In this document: one piece after another, positions 12,571-23,701 of the stretch
Numbering within the stretch: position 1 is the stretch's first letter
Layout of the letters: every line of letters starts with the position of its first letter
Source of the DNA: Fistulifera solaris
Lineage: Eukaryota
Reading direction: 5' to 3'
DNA length: 64,000 bases
Assembly: GCA_030295235.1 (NCBI GenBank)
Contig: AP026150.1
Span: 248,001 to 312,000, forward strand
Made by a program: the position numbers and the translations under genes
Notes under the pieces: generated by a model
The model's input: the letters and a program-made list of their open reading frames with translations, nothing else
Database searches by the model: none
Told to the model about the DNA's origin: nothing

Positions 12571-13868
12571 ACACTTTGATATCGACGACAGTAACAAGGG
12601 TGGCAACACGAGCAAGAAAGAGGGCGCTCCATCTTCTACTTTGCTTGCTTTAAAGAAATCGCTTGACAGCCTGCGGCAAAGGTAAACTTCTAGGTTTTTT
12701 ATTGAATTATGTCGTTTGAACGCATGGCGTAATTCACGATCGTCCAGGCGACCCCTGAAACGAACGTACATACGCAAGCATGTCGACATTTCAATTATTC
12801 AAATATGAAACCAACATTAGTACAACAGTTAATGAGCTCTAAAGAAGAGATTTTGATTGAGTCCATTCCAAACAATAGAAAGGTTAGGTAAAGGCTCTCG
12901 ACTCCCCTAAGAGGGACCTCACTAAACTCCAGATTACCGATTACGACTCGAAGGCAGAGGTTTCTAGTTCCGTGTTTCGGGCTTCGCATGATTGGAGACT
13001 TCGGTTACAATTTTTTTCTGACACGACATCTTTGCGATACACACATGTAATTCTGACGTACGACTGCAGGACGGAATTCGAATTCCCCTGTCCGACTCCG
13101 TCCAGTACAAAAAGCACGCGCTGGTCACACGAGAAACATCGGCTGCAAAAACGACCTCTCACGACAAACAGCATTGTTCTTCATCACCCATCATTTATTC
13201 CTCACCGTTATATTCGACGCCTGTAAAAATAATTGTTGCTTGAAAGGTAAGAACGTTTCCGCTGGTTGACTCGTTCATTCCTGTCGTCGTCATCCTCCAT
13301 CTCTGCATAATTCGAACCTCGGAATCAAAATTGACTTCTTTGCATGGAAAACGTCAACTTATGTGTCGTACGTGTCTTGGGCGTGTTCCGGTACCGATCC
13401 AGTAGTTCAAAACATGTTGAGACGCGGTTGAAGGAACTGGATTTACAGTTTTCTGCTTGTTTTCCTGCGGAGCATCCCTCCACTTGAGTGACATCACTCT
13501 TCATCGGCAGTAAGGATGCTTTCTTTGCTTCTGATTGGTCTAGATCAGTACCGAGTGAGAAATCGAATCTCATTCGGTTCGTCAGATGTACGCGCGTCTG
13601 AACGCAATGGCCGGTAGAATCTCTCCGTAGAGAAAATGGCGGGAGCGAGTCTTGTCTCCCAGGCGCTCTCCACCGTCCATCACAAAATTCTTGGTTTTTG
13701 TGCCGCTCATTGTTTGTGAATTTTGTTCAGCATTTTCCCTGTTCGCGCCCATCAAATCCTGTTCTAATTTCAAAGTGAATTGAGTCAAAACGCTAACTGA
13801 ATGCCTTTATCTTCAGCCTTGCTTAGGGGAAGGAAGATTTAGTGACAAGTGTTTCTTAGAATAATTCG

Positions 13869-15144
13869 ATGGCGACGTCAGCGTTAGCAACTTTCCCTGC
13901 TGAATTGAACTCCATGGATCGCAGCGAGATGGATGCCGCAAGAGCTCTTATAGGAGTAGCGCCTCTTGACTTAGACGAATCGTCAGCAGTTTCGGCAACC
14001 ACATTAGCGTCTTTTTCGAAACTTTCCGAGTCCTGGCCCACTTTTCCCTCGGAGGAACCCCCGGTAGGCAGGAGACCACGTTCGGATTCCGCTGGACTCG
14101 ATGCCCTCGCTGCGCTTGCATCACAAGAGTCACTGGATGACAATGCGCCTTCATACTCTAAATTTGCTTCGTCGGTCGTTATGTGCTCATCATCGTCGGA
14201 CGATGATGATTTGGAACAAATGCCTCCGCCACCACCCCGAGGGCGTAGACGCAGCGCATCGAATCCGGAGGGGATGGAAAAATGGGATTCTTTAAGTCAG
14301 AATACGAGTAGAGGTCGACGTCATTTTGTATTACCCGCTTCCATTCTGGAAGTGGAATTGGCCGAAGCCAGTGCTGCCGTTCAGAGTCATTCACGAAAGT
14401 TACCTTCTTGTATTCCCGAGGACGAAGAACTTTTAGAACCTGTCAGTGGACATACACGAAGGTTCCGAACGTCCAAGAACAAAGAAAATGAAGAGAGTGA
14501 AGGGGAAGAAGAAGAAGAAGAAGAAATTGACGAGGCGAATATGACACCACAAGAACTCCTTCATCGAGCGCGCTCGCGTTTGTTGGAAGACCTCTCCGAA
14601 GGAAGTATAAATGGCGAGAAAGGAGTATTGAGTCTCCCTCACTCGCTTGGAAAATACAAACAGGTAAGTCGTTATGGCTTTTATCAATTGATTAGTGTGG
14701 CTTATTGCACAAAGAGACCTTCACTTACGCCAATTTTGAACATAGGTATACAATAAGAACGGACGCATAGGAATCTACACACCGGCAGAGCGAGCCGCCA
14801 TCATCGATCGGTATCATCAAAAACGATCACGACGTGTATGGAACAAAAAGATTCGCTACAATTGTCGAAAAAGTCTTGCCGATCGTCGGTTAAGAATCAA
14901 AGGGCGATTTGTGAAACGCTCCGAACAGGAGATGCTCGCGAAGCAGCTGGCGCAGCAAGAAGGGTCCGACGAGAATGCTATGGATGATGATGAAGACGAC
15001 GGCGGCCGATCACCAGGTGAACATGTGAGTGGAGAATCCGGAGAAGATGAAGACATGCAAGATGTCCTTAATGATCCAGAGGCTGGCTTTGTACCCACCG
15101 AAGACCAACCGTACCGCCGCCTTCGTCGGCACACCATCACTTAA
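13869..15144 (+). CDS. CCT (CONSTANS/CO-like/TOC1) domain protein; 2 coding exons
   Basis: Intron 14664-14745 gives YNKNGRIGIYTPAERAAIIDRYHQKRSRRVWNKKIRYNCRKSLADRRLRIKGRFVK, a canonical CCT motif. Confidence 0.9.
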
Positions 15145-15314
15145 TGACCACAAAAATCTATTTTCAACTATTGCTATCTATTGAAGCAAATCCGCCGCCC
15201 CGCTAGAAAAACTTAAAAATTTTATTTTTTTTTGACGTATGCCTTTAAACCGTCATGAACACACGAAGATGGCAAAACAGTTGTCACCGCAGATACTACG
15301 TGCTTAATAGTTAT

Positions 15315-16773
15315 CTATTTTTCAGGCTTTTCATCTCTCGTCACCGATTTGATAATCCCAACCGCCACAGTTTGTTTCATATCGCGGATAGCAAACCGTC
15401 CCAGGGGTGGAAAATCTGTAAACGACTCGACACACAGTGGTTTCCTGGGCTGCATGGTGACGATGCAAGCGTCTCCCGCCACGACGTATTCCGGATTGAT
15501 CTCCAACACTTCACCCGTCCGGCGATCCATTTTTTGTTTGATTTCCGTGAACATACATGCAACATGCGCTGTATGGCAATCCAGAATAGGAGTATATCCT
15601 TTCGATATTCGCCCGGGGTGATTCATTACAATGACCTGCGCTTCAAAGGACGAGACTCCGGAAGCAGGGTGGTCATTGGCATCTGACGCCACCATACCAC
15701 GTCTCAGTTCTTTGACGGAAATATTTTTCACATTGAAGCCAACATTGTCTCCCGGGTACGCTTCTTCCACCATTTCGTGATGTCGCTCCAGTGATCGAAC
15801 CTCGGCCACTAAACCTGACGGGGCAAAATGTGCTTGAATACCAGGTCTCATGACTCCAGTTTCGATCCGACCCACTGGAACAGTCCCAATACCTCCGATC
15901 TAATGAGAGACATTCAAGTTAGCGCAACGAATCATCACCCGTTCAACAGATAGAAAGTATCGCTATTACCTTATACACATCTTGAATGGGCACTCGTAGA
16001 GGCTTCTCGATAGGTCGAATGGGTGGAGTGACCATATCGAGTGCTTCTAGCAAAGTAGGTCCGTTGTACCAGGGCATAAGAACGGTTTTTTCTGTGATGT
16101 TGTCACCTACCCACCCGGAAATGGGAATAAAGGGCACCTTCATGGGCTTGTAACCGACCTTCTTGATGTATTCCGTGACTTCGTCTTTGATGAAGTGGTA
16201 ACGATCTTCACTGTATTTGACACTTTCATCGTCCATTTTGTTACATGCCACAATTAATTGCTTGACGCCCAAAGTATACGCCAGCAAAACATGCTCTCTC
16301 GTTTGTCCATCTTTGGAAAATCCCATTTCGAACCCCCGGGGTGTGGCATCCATGACGAGAAGTGCCACATCGGCTTGGGAAGTACCCGTAATCATATTTT
16401 TGATAAAATCGCGGTGCCCCGGTGCATCAATGAGGGTATATTCATACTGCTGGGTAGCAAATTTCCACAACGAAATGTCAATGGTGATCCCCCGATCACG
16501 TTCGGCCTTGAGATTGTCCAAAATCCAAGCGTACTTGCAGATTCTTTGCCACTCTCCGTGGCGTCTCTTTCACATCTTTCGATCGTCTTTTCGTCGACGC
16601 CACCGCATTTGTAAAGCAAATGTCCCGCTGTCGTCGATTTGCCTGCAAGGAACACATGAGAATTATCATCCGAAGGGTTTCCGAAACAGAACGTCGAAAT
16701 AAGAATAGTAATACTCACCAGCGTCTACGTGACCAATCACGATCAACGAAACGTGCGACTTGTCTTGCTCCAT
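15315..16773 (-). CDS. EEF1A: Translation elongation factor 1-alpha, divergent; 3 exons
   Basis: [84 protein letters not shown]. Introns 16718-16643 and 15969-15900; one base missing at ~16540. Confidence 0.92.
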
Positions 16774-17221
16774 TTCTTCAGTTTACCAGGATTCTTTTGT
16801 TGTGGATGATTCTATTGAAACCGTTTAAAGGTAAATCCGTTTGCAGGAAGGAAGGCGTAATGGCGTGTCGTTTCGAAGAAAATAAAGAAAAAAAATCGAT
16901 CGGCCATGCCATCGGCCGATGGCTTCGCCTGTCCATAGTACGGCTGTGGTGTCCTTGCGTCACTATGACGTCAGATTCGCATTGCGTTCTTCCCCACACT
17001 TTTAGCAATACTCAAAAACCCACGATTTGTCACCACCAAAAACGACAGAAAACAAAGCACACACACCGCAGGCAGCAGCAAAAAAAAAAAAAAGAAATCC
17101 ACAGACGAAACGCTGGCAATCTTTTTGAGGGCGTTTGTTTTGATTTCGATTGTTATCCTTTTCTTACTCTTTTACTTGATTATTGACAAACAAACAAATA
17201 TATAAATAAGCAAACAAGAAT

Positions 17222-18387
17222 ATGCCACCGCGAAAACTACAACACAATATTAATATCGACGACGATGATGACAGCAAACCTCCGGCGGTCGTATTAACGC
17301 CCGTGTCTCAGCTCGATGATGATCATCATTCGTTGGGATCCATATCGACGGCCACGACTCCTCATACCAGTACCGATACAACCCGAGAAACTCCTCGATC
17401 GAAGAAACGGACGAAAGGATCGACGGAAACAGTCTCGTCGTCTCTTGTGTTGAGTCCGATCAACGAACGCTCCATTGTGTACTCCGAAATGGTTCTGTTA
17501 GTCGGAACTATGGTGATTTCTACGGCAACATTCATTTATGTCATGGTCCCGACAACCGCATTACTGTCACTCGGTGTGCTGTTTTCGTCTCTCTACATTA
17601 TGGGCGCCTCGACACTCCGCCGTTTGGTGACGATCGAACTCGAACGATTGCGACACACCAATGGACTCCGGGAAATCCTTCCCACGGCTGTCTACAGATT
17701 CTTGACGGAAGAATCCTTGCACGATCAATTGAATGGAGAAAGCTCGACCCGCGAATGGATGTACTTGTTGTTGTATTTCTTGCCGTTGCCGCGAGAACAA
17801 CTGTACTATTATCTGAATCGACTCAATCCGCAACACGTCGAACAATTGCATCACCGGGGTGTGGGGCATGTTATTTTGGGACCGGAAGCGATGCAAGTTG
17901 TGATGGGAATGCAAGGGTATGCGGAAGCTCAAGAAGCAGCAGAGGAAGCGAAGAAGGAAAGTTTTGCGCTCGTGCCGGCCGAAAGCAGTAGTACTCCAGT
18001 CGTTGAAGACGAGGACAATGATGATTCCGTCGTCTTTAATGCCATTTGGGACGCGTTCTACCTGTCTATTTATACACCCGTTGCTTCTTGGACTTCTGGC
18101 TTTGTACGGAGCAACATCATTCGACCGTTCACGAGTCGTATTCTACGCTATGGTACCAGTCTATCCTTTCTTTCGGCAGGTTTGGCGTTTGAAACTTTTA
18201 TCAACGCCACCATGGCGTTGTTTCGTGGCCTCTCTATCGACAAACGGCACTGCATCGTCGAGAGGATCGAGCGTTGTATTTGACGGCCGCCGTCAGCGGT
18301 GCCTCGGTGGTGCTGGCGCTCGGTGTGCGTTACTTCTTTTGTGCTCCGAACAAAAGAGATCTAAGAAGAGTAAACGGATATAAATAA
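17222..18387 (+). CDS. Hypothetical membrane protein
   Basis: 353-aa ORF with hydrophobic segments (MVLLVGTMVISTATFIYV..., WMYLLLYFLPL); C-terminus broken by apparent indels. Confidence 0.55.
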
Positions 18388-18451
18388 CGAATGAGTATTT
18401 GATATTATCAATATACAAAGTAGTTTTCTTTCTCTTCGAAATGTAGTTTCC

Positions 18452-19258
18452 TTACAATTCAGACCGCAGCGGTATCGTCATGGCACCCACCGCACCACCA
18501 TCGACATTGAGAATCACACCCGTACACCAAGATCCGGCTCGACTGGAAAAATACAAACAGGCCCCGGCCATATCGTCAGCATTCCCCAAACGTTGCAACG
18601 GAGTTTGCGACGCCAACGCCTCGTGATCGGCTCCCCACGATTTCAATCCCGCACTCATGCGGCTGGGAACAAAACCCGGTGCAACACAATTGACCGTAAT
18701 GTGCTTTGAGGCCAAATCGGAGGCAAATTTGCGAGTCAAATTATGAACGGCCGCCTTAGAGGCATCGTACGCGTGGGTCGGAGCATCTTGCGGCACCAAT
18801 CCAACGACACTCCCGATATTAATAACACGCGCTGGATCTTCGACGGTAGCGGCATTTTGCAATAAAGGAATACAAGCACGTGTCAAATAGAAGAGTCCCT
18901 TGACATTCAAATCCATGACTTTATCAAAGCCCCAGCCTGTTTTCGAACGACGTTCCAACGGTTCGCCCCACGACGTACCCGCGTTGTTGATGAGGACGTG
19001 TAATTTCCCACCAAATAATGTATCGACATGCTGCACCAATTGATCACATCCGGTCACCGTCGCAACATTGCTCGCCACATAATGACACGACAGTTTCGCG
19101 GCGGTGACTTGACACGCGGTCTCATCGCGGCTGGTGATCAACACGTTGGCCCCCGCCGCGGCAAAGCCATGGGCGATCATTTCTCCAATACCGCGAGAAC
19201 CGCCCGTCACTAATACATTCTTTCCCGTCACGGAAAAGAGAGATTGTATCGAAGTCAT
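18452..19258 (-). CDS. Classical short-chain dehydrogenase/reductase (RhlG-like)
   Basis: TGGSRGIG, NNAG, NIGS, YDASK catalytic motif, NCVAPG, VDGG. Confidence 0.9.
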   Translation of the reverse strand: MTSIQSLFSVTGKNVLVTGGSRGIGEMIAHGFAAAGANVLITSRDETACQVTAAKLSCHYVASNVATVTGCDQLVQHVDTLFGGKLHVLINNAGTSWGEPLERRSKTGWGFDKVMDLNVKGLFYLTRACIPLLQNAATVEDPARVINIGSVVGLVPQDAPTHAYDASKAAVHNLTRKFASDLASKHITVNCVAPGFVPSRMSAGLKSWGADHEALASQTPLQRLGNADDMAGACLYFSSRAGSWCTGVILNVDGGAVGAMTIPLRSEL

Positions 19259-19462
19259 GGGCTTATTTGCATTTACTGGTACATTCATGCAAAAGGAATT
19301 GGTATGTATAATGAAGATCAATCGCACTTCGAAAAATAGAAAATGGATCGTGACTTGAGTTTGTCGTCACTGAACACTTTCTTGTACTAATAAGATCGCA
19401 TACTACAAGTACCGCATTGACAACCCACGACCCGTCGCCTAAACATTACGAGCAAAACTAGC

Positions 19463-19483
19463 TACCGGTACCGGTACCGTACC
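19463..19483. repeat. Tandem TACCGG palindromic motif array
   Basis: taccggtaccggtaccgtacc; related arrays at 48075-48101 and 58092-58114. Confidence 0.75.
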
Positions 19484-19967
19484 ACAGATCCTTTACAGAA
19501 ACATAGCAAACCATCAATCCTGCTGTCTTCGTTATATCAAAGAAGATATACAGAAAGGAGTCGTAAGTGTCTCTTTGGGTATTACAAGAACAAGCGACAA
19601 AACAACACTGGTCACTCAAAAAGATCTCAACATGTCCATCCAAAATGGGTCAGTACCCCCACGGGATCTGCACACAACACATGACTACTAGTATAATTCA
19701 TCAATCCCGAATCCATTCAAATCAATTAGGAATTCCTTTTTTACATTGCCTTTATTTGGAGTTACTCCGAGTGCACATTTAACTTGCGTTGGAAAACACA
19801 ATCGGCACCAAACCCAACGTTGAGCTCATAAAAACGCGAAGCATTCATTTTGCATCACTTGTCGTCTCTTTCCTTCTCTTTTTCCTTTTCAACTCTTGGT
19901 AAGTCACTGAACTGAAAAAAACATTTGTTCCTTTCGTGCACAAAACTCACTCTCTACTTGGCAGATC

Positions 19968-21014
19968 ATGCGTCTCGTCTCCCCTCTTCTTTGGTTCGGC
20001 CTCGTGGCCACCGCGTCCTCCCCAACGCAACCCGGTCTGTCGGGATCTCGGGAAAGGTGTAATTGATCAGGGATGTACCGAAGACTTTCCCACTTGCGTC
20101 TACCGCAATGGCGGGCAAGTCGTGGGTGGCAACGCCGGACAGCGTTGTGCGCTCTGCATCAACTCAGTCCAGCCGAACGATGTCGATCAAGTCGCTCCCG
20201 ACGAAGGTTGTGATGATGTGAATCGCGTGTGCGTCGGCAACCGTCAACTAGCGGCGAATATGGAAGGTACTGCTTGTGCAGTTTGCTTCAATTCCATCCC
20301 AACGTCGATTGATCCCAACGACATTGATGATGGTTGCCCTCCCACGACGCCGGTTTGTGTCAATGATGCGGGAGATAGTCCGGCCTTGTGGACTCCCGGC
20401 ACGGACTGTGTGGCGAAATGCATCGATACGAGTCTAACGGGTCCTGATAAAGGAGTAAGCTGCTGTGTTGTTCATTGCTGTTTGTCATTCGAGCGTGTCT
20501 CATTTGCGTTTGTTTTTCAAAGTGCCCCTGCCGTTACCCCGTCTGCACGCTCGAGGATGGATCGGATCCAGGCTTGGAGAATCCCGGTACGGTCTGTGCC
20601 GTGTGCTCTCCCGCCTCCTGTGACGACCAGGATCCTTGCACGGACGATTTCTGTGACCCGGAAGGTGGCTGTTTCTACGTCGACAACGGCAGTTGTGGCA
20701 ACACCTGTAATGTGGCGCTCGATTGGCAGTGCACCTTCCCCGTTCCTTTCTGTACGCAGTTTGTTCCGGATGACGAGTTTTTCGCGTGCGTCTGTGATGT
20801 CGACACGGAAGGATCTCCATTCTGCTGGCGAGATGCCTTTTGCAGCGATCGTGCCGATTGCAGCTCGAACGACGATTGTGGTCCCAACGAGAAATGTGCT
20901 TCGACCTGCTGCGGTACCAACAAGTGTCTTGATGATTGTGCCTTGACCGACGGGCGTCTCCGTCGCAAATTGGATGGACACCATCATTCGGACAAGACTG
21001 CAACCGGTTTGTAG
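19968..21014 (+). CDS. Secreted cysteine-rich repeat protein; 2 coding exons
   Basis: Signal peptide MRLVSPLLWFGLVATASS (one extra C at ~20020), four C..DxGC..CV..GxxCAxC repeats, CDDQDPCTDDFCDPEGGC motif. Coding intron 20455-20522; probable 5'UTR intron 19899-19964. Confidence 0.8.
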
Positions 21015-22119
21015 GACTTTTCTCCTTGCTGCGCCACGACGAGTGATGGACGGATCATTGCCTTCATCGCCACATCTGGATTGATACGAACATACACGGT
21101 AGAGACCGCATCCAGATCGAAGATTCGCTCGTGCTCTTAGATATCTACATATTAGATTGATCATTCAATACGAAAGAACTTTATTTGTAGTATATTTGCT
21201 CATCGCACCACTTCGACAGCGCATCATTGCGATTGATTTGCAAATATTTTGCAAAATCACGGGTTCGTGACTGAATCCAGTCGCGAAAAAGGTCACTACA
21301 CTTTAACGTATAGTGTAAAAAAATGTCTGTTGTGGGCGCAGGTTCTCGACGCTCAACAACAGAAGTGTTGAGTAGCAGCGACAAAAAGAGTCAAGTCATA
21401 ACTATCGTTTCAAGCTCCTTGTGACAACTGGTTCACTTACGATCAATGACGTGAGAAACGACAAAAACCTTATATTTTTTCGTGACTCAACGCTGAACGC
21501 CAGTCGTGAAAATTATGGGTTCACTTTCTAGAAATGGAGAAAACCCCAACTAACGACATCATCAACTTGTTGCGCTTGAGTAGTGCATAGGCTCCTCGAA
21601 GTCTTCGGACGAGCGAATCGTGAAGGATCGATGAGGAGTCAAAGTTTGTTTGGTTGAAGCAAGGTGATGTGAGTGGCATCGCTATGTTTAATCTATGCAT
21701 GCTTGCAGCGGATTGCGATGGCCAATAATCGATTGAATAGGCACTTTTAACTGATCGGATACGAAAATCAATGATAAGTACGGAGTAGAAAAAACCGGAG
21801 TAGGTTTTAGTGTTAAAAGCAGATGCAAGTTCGTCCTCGGAGGGGAAACAATGTCTTAGCGGATTCGCAACTCCAGTCTTGATTGACTGTCGTTGACATT
21901 GTACAGTACCAGGTACCGAGCCGTTCCGTCGCGTCGTCGTTCGTCGCGGTCGATGTCGATGTCGATCCCCCTTTCATTTTTGCCCTTTCGATGGACGATA
22001 GATGGAGGACGAAAGAGATTTTTCAGTTTCATCGACAAGAGGATAACCTCCTGTCGGCTTCTTGGAGTGTGTTGCATTATCTTAGCTCTATCAGCACGCG
22101 ACATAAACTTCAGTTTAAC

Positions 22120-23247
22120 ATGGATGCCGTAGTTCAATTTATAAGGAATGGCCTCTGTTGCATCAAAGATTTAGGTCTCCTCAAAGATACCTTTCTCTAC
22201 GATCCATCGATTACAGCACAGTATTACAAGTTCCCTGAACCTCTCAACAAAACGACTCCTCTCGAAGTTTTTATCGCGATCACTCAATTCTACGCCTTTT
22301 GGTTCACTGCCAAAGGTGGATTAAATCTCATGTTCACCAGTTCTGGGAAAATCAAACGCATCGAACGTCTCATGGAAAGTCGTCCTCCGGTCAAGACGGA
22401 TGCCGATCGATTGATCAACGCATCGCTCGTCAAAGAAGGCATGCACGCTATTCGCAGCATGTTTGTTGGTCTACTCCTTTTCTTTCTCGGTTCCGCCTTC
22501 TTCTGGCTCTTTGCCAATTCGTTCCACGTCACGGAGGCGGGATGGATTGGCGGAGTGGCTGGCTTGATTCATGCCTTAACTGTCGCGGAAATCGCGTTGG
22601 TACCACTTCTGTATTACATGTACAAAGATGGTTTCGAACATTTGGCCAAAGCGACTCGATTGGAGCATCTGGCAGAGACGTTGCGGGCGAATGCTTTGAA
22701 AAGGGGAGCCGATATTGGATTGAGCAGTATCGAACAAATTGCGAAATGGGCTCCATTTTGGGGAGCTGGTGTCAGTCCTTATGCTTCTGCTGCTAGCAAT
22801 GAAGCGAAATTAGTGGCCCAGGAAACCGACTACATCAATGATACCATTCGAAAATTAACAGAAAAACCAAAAGCCGATGATAAAATGGCCAAAGCCAAAA
22901 AGCAAGAATACCTGAGCGAACAATCGGAGGAGTTGTACCGTACGGCTCGAGTCACTCGCATGGAAGGATATCGAGAATTTCTGTACCTAGTCATCAATTC
23001 CATTGCTTTTTATGGATATCTGATGGCAATATTTGCATTTCATTTTCCGGATGAGGCGAAGCAACCGATGTGGCTTCGTCAGGCAATGGGTAACCATTCC
23101 AATACCGATGCCGATTGGTATGGTAACTTTGCAGGTGACCTGATGTGGACCATTGAGCCTGTCATCATTTTGACATCGCCCATCTTCCTGAATCGTTTAC
23201 GAAGCACATCCACTGCCTCGACCGCGAAAAAGAAAAAGGTTGAATAA
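22120..23247 (+). CDS. Hypothetical multi-pass membrane protein with C-terminal KKKKVE
   Basis: Uninterrupted ORF with about 5 hydrophobic helices; MDAVVQFIRNG taken as start; possible dilysine-type ER retrieval tail. Confidence 0.7.
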   Translation: MDAVVQFIRNGLCCIKDLGLLKDTFLYDPSITAQYYKFPEPLNKTTPLEVFIAITQFYAFWFTAKGGLNLMFTSSGKIKRIERLMESRPPVKTDADRLINASLVKEGMHAIRSMFVGLLLFFLGSAFFWLFANSFHVTEAGWIGGVAGLIHALTVAEIALVPLLYYMYKDGFEHLAKATRLEHLAETLRANALKRGADIGLSSIEQIAKWAPFWGAGVSPYASAASNEAKLVAQETDYINDTIRKLTEKPKADDKMAKAKKQEYLSEQSEELYRTARVTRMEGYREFLYLVINSIAFYGYLMAIFAFHFPDEAKQPMWLRQAMGNHSNTDADWYGNFAGDLMWTIEPVIILTSPIFLNRLRSTSTASTAKKKKVE

Positions 23248-23701
23248 GCGATAGAATCGTGTAACAAGTAACCCCATGCGTCTGCTATCGATCTTTTGTT
23301 CTCCGTTGTTCATATGTTCATACCTCGGCTCTTTTTTTATTTGCTTTTTCACAAAGGAACAAAACTCTTGGACACATCGTTTTGGTGGGACAGTAAAGGA
23401 GGTAATAAAATTATCGGTAATGGTGTAAACTAGGGATTTGATTACTATTAGATATTAACTTTTCACTTTCCAGATATGACAAAGACTTGAGTGTCTTGGG
23501 CATCAAAAAGTCGCTGTTCTAACATCAACTTTCTCTGGAGAGCGCTCTTCAATGGGCACTGAATGTTCGATTACTGTACAGTTTAGTGAAGTCGCTACCG
23601 TGATCCTCGCTTTGAGACGTGAGCACCATTAACAGATCCATATCCCAATCATCGCACTGAAGCTTGCTTAAATGTTTCCCAGCGTCTTGATGGTATTTTT
23701 T

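Noticed and set aside
12571..12686. Coding-looking stretch after the WKF gene stop (KHFDIDDSNKGG...LRQR*)
   Set aside because: No start codon or splice support; the WKF protein already ends at its expected motif.
20500..21164. Long antisense ORFs over the Cys-rich gene
   Set aside because: GC-rich shadow frames with no domain signal.
21883..22119. N-terminal extension of the 454-aa ORF
   Set aside because: Starts at a non-ATG codon and looks like promoter/UTR sequence; ATG 22120 is the more plausible start. The same applies to 25895-26071 and 41121-41321.
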